Source of the DNA: Vulcanimicrobiota bacterium
Lineage (GTDB): Bacteria > Vulcanimicrobiota > Vulcanimicrobiia > Vulcanimicrobiales > Vulcanimicrobiaceae
Length of the DNA: 64,000 bases
Direction of reading: 5' to 3'
NCBI GenBank assembly: GCA_963695225.1
Contig: OY968762.1
Coordinates: 1,760,001 to 1,824,000, forward strand
The notes beneath the pieces are model-generated. The model was not told where the DNA came from, made no database searches, and saw only the letters and a program-made list of their open reading frames with translations. This document shows positions 59,436 to 64,000 of the stretch, in pieces. A program made the translations under genes and the position numbers. The stretch's first letter is position 1. The number at the start of each line of letters is the position of its first letter.

Positions 59436-59991
59436 GCGCGCGGCGCGGAGCCGAGCCGTCGATCACGTCGACGCCGGAGACGATCCGCCATTGCACGGCC
59501 GGGGCGGCGGCCGCGGGCGCAAGCGAATCCTTGCTGCCGTCGATGACGGCGACGCTCCAGCCCGACGACGCAGCCGAACCGACGATCACCGGGACGCCGC
59601 TCCAGCCGGACGCATCCGGCACCGGGGCACGCGCGGCATCGACGACGGCGACGCTCGGATCCGGCGGCGGGGCCGGCTGCACCGCCGCGCTCCCATCCGA
59701 GAGTTCGACGCCCGGATCGGCCGGCGCGGCAGGGGCGGCGATCACGTGCCCGTCGATCAGGCGGATCGGCGGGGCATCGGCGGGCACGTCGTTCGGCTCG
59801 CCCCGGTCTTCGATGAGTTGCGGCTGCGCAGGCTCGGGCTGGGCCGGCGCGACGAGCGCCGGCGGGGCGAGCGCGCGCGTCGCGGCTTCGACGGCGCCCC
59901 CGCAGGTGAACGCGAACAGCGAGATTGCGATCGTCACTCCGGCAAACTGCGCCGGCGAGAGGGAGTCGATGCCGCGGGGACGCTCGTCCAT
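59419..59991 (-). CDS. Membrane-anchored/exported protein with repeated V-x-V-I-D-G-S motifs
   Basis: GGAGG RBS, N-terminal hydrophobic helix, six short motifs separated by Pro/Ala linkers. Confidence 0.55.
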   Translation of the reverse strand: MDERPRGIDSLSPAQFAGVTIAISLFAFTCGGAVEAATRALAPPALVAPAQPEPAQPQLIEDRGEPNDVPADAPPIRLIDGHVIAAPAAPADPGVELSDGSAAVQPAPPPDPSVAVVDAARAPVPDASGWSGVPVIVGSAASSGWSVAVIDGSKDSLAPAAAAPAVQWRIVSGVDVIDGSAPRRALTTNS

Positions 59992-60422
59992 GCAACCTCC
60001 ACGAAAACGGATCGCAGTGCCGGCTCGCGCCTAACGGCCGGATGCACCCGAGTTCGCGCACGGGGCGTCGATTGCTGCGTGGTGCGAATGGTCCATTCGG
60101 CCCGGGACGTCCGGCGCCGGCAAGCACGACGGCGCGGCGCTCGAGCCGCCCCCCCGGGATCGGCCGACAGGTAAGCCGGCTGCCCGCGAAACGTCACGCG
60201 GGAAGCAGGTCATTCGCCTCCGGCGGGTGTAACGCAGAAGGCGATTCGGGTCGTCCTCTCGCAAAGGGGCCCAATTCCAGCAAACTGGTTTGAGGGCACA
60301 GGGAGTTCTGTACCCTCCTCGGCGGTCGCGCGCTCCCGTAAGGGAATCGTTGAGGCCGTCCGGCAGATCAAATACATCGGATTCGTCATGGCGTCCCTAG
60401 GCGGCGCGGAGGAACCAGACAC

Positions 60423-61076
60423 GTGTCACATGAGGCGCAAGCCTACAAAGACCCCGGCACGCCCGAAGAGCAGACGCGGCGGACGTTCATGGCCAACGCG
60501 ACCCTCGGCATCGGCGCGATCATCGGCTTGGTCGTCGCGGTCCCGACCCTGACCTCGCTCGTTCCCGAGTCGATGCTCAAGGGCAACGCCGGCGGCTCCT
60601 GGGCGCCGTTCGCTCCCGCCGATTTCAAGGCGCTCCAAGACGCGACGGATACGCCCGTCAAGATCTCGATCAACTTCAAGACGAAGGACGCGTATCTGCC
60701 GGAAAGCGACGTCAGCCACTTCGTTTGGGGCGTCAAGCTCAACGACGAGCAAGTGAAGACGTACAAGGAAAAGCGCCCCGATATCTACGCGGCGCCGGGG
60801 GGCAACGTCCCCTACGAAGTCGTGAATCTGAATTTCGTCATCTTCAGCTCGGTCTGTCCGCACTTGGCGTGTCTCTATAGCTGGGTCCCCGACGCGAAGC
60901 GCTTCATCTGCCCCTGCCACGGTTCGCAATTCGGCATCGAAGGCAACTACATCGAGGGCCCCGCGCCGCGCGGCCTCGACCCGCTCCCGCTGCGCGCGGC
61001 GAACGGCACCGCCGAAGTCACGTGGATCAACTACAAAGTGCAGCAGCCGAACCGGCTCATCATCTCGTACACGTAG
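60423..61076 (+). CDS. qcrA: Rieske iron-sulfur subunit of quinol:cytochrome c oxidoreductase
   Basis: Tat motif TRRTFM, CPHLAC, CPCHGSQF, GPAPRGLD. Confidence 0.93.
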   Translation: MSHEAQAYKDPGTPEEQTRRTFMANATLGIGAIIGLVVAVPTLTSLVPESMLKGNAGGSWAPFAPADFKALQDATDTPVKISINFKTKDAYLPESDVSHFVWGVKLNDEQVKTYKEKRPDIYAAPGGNVPYEVVNLNFVIFSSVCPHLACLYSWVPDAKRFICPCHGSQFGIEGNYIEGPAPRGLDPLPLRAANGTAEVTWINYKVQQPNRLIISYT

Positions 61077-61107
61077 CCGTCAGGCTTCGCACTCCGGAAG
61101 GAACAGC

Positions 61108-62613
61108 ATGTCAGCCAACGTGACCAACCCCGTGGTCAACTGGATCGAACAGCGCACCGGCCTCGTCAGCATGACCAAGGACTTCCTCACGGAAGACGTC
61201 CCGGGCGGCGCGAGTTATTGGTACGTCTTCGGAAGCGCGACGATTTTCGCGATGATCCTGCAATTCGTGACGGGGATCTTCCTGACGTTCTATTACGCCC
61301 CGTCCGTGTTGACGGCGTGGGAATCCACGAAGTACATCTACACGAACGTCCCGCTCGGCTGGTTCGTCATCAGCCTCCACTCGTGGGGCGCGACGGCGAT
61401 GATCGCGTTGATGTTCTTGCATCTCTTGCAAGTCGCGATCTGGGGCGCGTACAAGGCGCCGCGCGAGATGGGCTGGATCATCGGCGTCATTTTGATCATC
61501 GTGACGCTCGTCCTCGGCTTGACCGGCTACCTGCTCCCGTGGGACTTGAACGCCTACCTCGCTTCGTCGGTCGCGATCAACATCGCGGCCTCCGTTCCCC
61601 TCCTCGGTTCTGCCGTCCAGCAATTCCTGATGGACGGGAACGCACTCGGGACGCTGACGATCAACCGTTTCTTCGGCCTGCACGTCTGGCTCGCGCCGGC
61701 GATGATGCTGATTCTCGTGACCGCGCATCTGCTCGTTTTCCGGCACAACGGCGGTGCCGGGCCGCCGACCGATACCGACCTCAAGAAGCTGCCGCAAGGC
61801 CGGTTCTGGCCGGATCAGATGTTCATGGACGCGGTTGCGTCGTTCGCGGTGTTCGTCGTCATCGTCGCACTCTCGATCTTCTCGCCGACGCCGCTCGACG
61901 ATAAGGCCGACCCGACGAACAGCCAATTCGTCGCGTATCCGGCGTGGTATTTCCTCGCGCTCTACGGCCTGCTGCGAGTCGCCGGCCTCGCTCCGCACGG
62001 CGCGATCGGATCGTTCGCGAATCTGCTCGCGACCGTCTTGGTCCCGGGCCTGCTCGTCGCGTTCCTGATCGCGTTGCCGTTCGTCGATCGTAACCCGAGC
62101 CGCCGTATCTCGCGGCGTCCGTGGGCGATGGCGATCACCGCGATCGGCGTCGTCGCCGCGATCGGATTCAGCCTCTATAGCCAGCTCGCGATCGTCAAGG
62201 AGATCGAGGACAAGAAGGCTCCGGCGACCGCTGCGGCAGCACCCGCGGCCCCGGCGGGCGGAGCGGTCGCTTCGGCCGGCGGCGGCGCGCAAGCCGCCGA
62301 TAAGGGCGCCGCGGTGTACGCAACCAACTGCGCCGGCTGCCACGGGGCCGCCGGTGCCGGTACGCCGAGCGTCTTCCCCCCACTCGCCAAGAGCGAATGG
62401 GTCGCGGACGACAAGAAGCTGATGCACGCCCTGCTCTACGGCGTCCAAGGCGCGGTCAGGGTCGAAGGCAAGCCCTACAACGGCATGATGCCGGCCTGGA
62501 AGGGCGTGCTTTCGGACGCGGACATCGCCGCCGTAGCGACCCACGTGCGCAAGTCGTGGGGCAACACCGGCGGCCCGATCACCGTCGACGAACTAGCCAA
62601 AGTAGCGAAGTAG
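61108..62613 (+). CDS. qcrB: Cytochrome b (unsplit) fused to C-terminal monoheme cytochrome c
   Basis: QFVTGIFL, four heme-ligand His, GYLLPWD, PAWY, then CAGCH...PPL...GMMPAW...DIAAV. Confidence 0.92.
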   Translation: MSANVTNPVVNWIEQRTGLVSMTKDFLTEDVPGGASYWYVFGSATIFAMILQFVTGIFLTFYYAPSVLTAWESTKYIYTNVPLGWFVISLHSWGATAMIALMFLHLLQVAIWGAYKAPREMGWIIGVILIIVTLVLGLTGYLLPWDLNAYLASSVAINIAASVPLLGSAVQQFLMDGNALGTLTINRFFGLHVWLAPAMMLILVTAHLLVFRHNGGAGPPTDTDLKKLPQGRFWPDQMFMDAVASFAVFVVIVALSIFSPTPLDDKADPTNSQFVAYPAWYFLALYGLLRVAGLAPHGAIGSFANLLATVLVPGLLVAFLIALPFVDRNPSRRISRRPWAMAITAIGVVAAIGFSLYSQLAIVKEIEDKKAPATAAAAPAAPAGGAVASAGGGAQAADKGAAVYATNCAGCHGAAGAGTPSVFPPLAKSEWVADDKKLMHALLYGVQGAVRVEGKPYNGMMPAWKGVLSDADIAAVATHVRKSWGNTGGPITVDELAKVAK

Positions 62614-62631
62614 CGCCCTTCGACAATCACC

Positions 62632-62667
62632 CCCCGGCCCCGGACCGCACCAGCGTCCGGGCCGGGG
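62632..62667 (+). terminator. GC hairpin after the qcr operon
   Basis: CCCCGGCCC(C)GGAC...GTCCGGGCCGGGG shortly after the stop; no U-tail. Confidence 0.45.
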
Positions 62668-62725
62668 CAAATACCCCACGGGAAGCCCAGCCTACGCGCG
62701 AAGCCGACTTGCCCATGGAACGCAG

Positions 62726-62971
62726 GTAGCGTCCGGGTCGGGGCGGGGTTTCTCCGCGGGGAGTGCAGCTTGCCCGCGAAGCCACGATGGCGGGAGCGGA
62801 GGGGGCCCCACGCGCTTCGCGTGTGGGGGGCGCGGAGCCGAAGGCATAGCGCCTTTTCAACTGCCCCGGGGTCCCCACGATGCGTTAGCATCGTGGGGTG
62901 GGAGTAGCGATTTCGCATGGATGCGAAATCGCGGGCGTCCCCGCGGAGGAACCCCGACCCGACCCGGACGC
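62726..62971. repeat. Nested palindromic REP/REPIN- or MITE-like element
   Basis: 34-bp inverted repeats 62729-62762 and 62938-62971 (2 mismatches) enclose three hairpins (62806-62828, 62873-62898, 62907-62932); GTAG precedes the left arm and the third hairpin. Confidence 0.75.
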
Positions 62972-63028
62972 GGGCCAAGCGGAACGCTCACAATTCGGCG
63001 AGCTTCAGCGTGACGAAGTGGCTAGATA

Positions 63029-63367
63029 TCAGCCGTGCTGGCGCGCCAGGTTGTGCTTGTCGAAGTAGATGCGGCGCGAGTTGCGGTTCTCTTCGCGGTT
63101 GAGCTGGTTGTATTCGGCAGCCGTGAGGCGGCCGCCGTTCGCGCGCAGATCGCGGCGGCGTTGCGCTTCGATGCGCTGCAAGTGGGATTCCGTGCTGTTG
63201 TATTCGCGGGCCGTGAGCTGGCCGCTGGCGACGCCTTGATTGATGCGCGCCTGTTGGCGGTCGATGCGGTTTTGCACTTCGCCCGCGTTCGCCGCGAGGG
63301 GGGCAGAAACGACGGCGAGCAGCGCCGCGCCGATGAGCGACTTCGTGAGAACGGTGGTGATCGACAT
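63029..63367 (-). CDS. Small secreted helical-repeat protein
   Basis: AAGGA RBS, signal peptide, RIDRQQARINQGVASGQLT..E and GGRLT..E repeats. Confidence 0.8.
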   Translation of the reverse strand: MSITTVLTKSLIGAALLAVVSAPLAANAGEVQNRIDRQQARINQGVASGQLTAREYNSTESHLQRIEAQRRRDLRANGGRLTAAEYNQLNREENRNSRRIYFDKHNLARQHG

Positions 63368-63527
63368 CGCTAGAGTCCTTTCGATTCCCGCTAATTCGCG
63401 GGGCGCGTTGGTGTGATGCCCATGCTACGCTCTCGCGCGCCGCGTCGTCAGCAAATCCCGAAAAGTCTCATCCGCGCTTCACCGCGCTCCAATCCGCGCT
63501 TCATCCGAGGCCCCGCGGGGCCCGCGC

Positions 63528-64000
63528 TCAGCGCCGTTGCGCGACCGGTTCGCAGCGCGGGCCGTCGTAGAGGAACAGCACGGCGCGATTGCTCTGCGCG
63601 ATGACGCGCCGGCGCCGGCCGTACGTCGGATCGGGGGTCGGGCGTTGCGCCCGCGTAACGACGAATGCGCGCTCCGCGGCGCAGACGACGGTGCGCGGAT
63701 CGCTCGCCGGTGAATGCGGAGTTTCCGTCGGATCGTCGAGGATCGCGACGGGCGGTTGCGTGTAGAACAGCAGGCCGTTCTCTCCGGCGAGGCTCTGAAT
63801 CGCGACGACGTCGCCGCTACGCCGTTGCTCGCGGATCGCGGCCGCAAGCTGCGGAATCGGCTTGAGCGTCTCGGCGTGCGGTTCGGCGAAAAACGCGATC
63901 ACCGCAATCGAAACGAATCCGGAGAACGCGAGAGCGTACGGCGCGTAACGCGCGGTCGAACGGCGCAGTAGCAGAATCCCGCACGCGACGCTTCCGGCGA
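63528..64000 (-). CDS. C-terminal part of a probable ArnT/GT39-like membrane glycosyltransferase (truncated by window edge)
   Basis: Last TM helices followed by a periplasmic domain with KP..LA...GLLFY; runs off the window. Confidence 0.45.
   Translation of the reverse strand, partial: AGSVACGILLLRRSTARYAPYALAFSGFVSIAVIAFFAEPHAETLKPIPQLAAAIREQRRSGDVVAIQSLAGENGLLFYTQPPVAILDDPTETPHSPASDPRTVVCAAERAFVVTRAQRPTPDPTYGRRRRVIAQSNRAVLFLYDGPRCEPVAQRR

Noticed and set aside
62614..63028. Housekeeping RNA (SRP, 6S, RNase P, tmRNA, tRNA) or the short ORFs in this gap
   Set aside because: Signature motifs are absent and the ORFs lack an RBS or protein-like composition; the palindromic element explains the region.

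Overview
GC-rich bacterial chromosomal window. The gene mix (outer-membrane TonB receptor, secretin and OmpA, system II cytochrome c maturation, minimal TatAC, menaquinone genes, bchE) suggests a diderm Terrabacteria-type organism, plausibly a phototrophic Eremiobacterota/Vulcanimicrobiota (inference). Left to right: 5'-truncated comEC; a small accessory patch (DMFase-like protein, decayed VOC gene, OmpA); a cobalamin riboswitch-btuB unit next to a RetSat/CrtI-like reductase divergent from bchE; assorted small genes and regulators (LysR, CstR-like repressor with its operator); a ~24 kb divergent Tad/Flp pilus locus (19.1-42.6 kb); rsmI-metG-tatD; a diguanylate cyclase split at a G7/C7 tract; a respiratory biogenesis cluster (menG, polyprenyl synthase, tatAC, resB, ccsB, selO, Rieske, cytochrome b-c fusion); and a nested-palindrome GTAG/REP-like element. 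The best candidate for an undescribed system is the Tad locus. It has three Flp pilins (two absent from the ORF track), two prepilin peptidases, a TadZ-TadA fusion, a minor pilin with a ~185-residue Pro/Thr mucin-like tail, five flanking GT-C-type membrane proteins, an ATPase-BTAD regulator, and sigma28/WhiG-like promoters before most transcription units. No rRNA, tRNA, CRISPR array or transposase was recognised.
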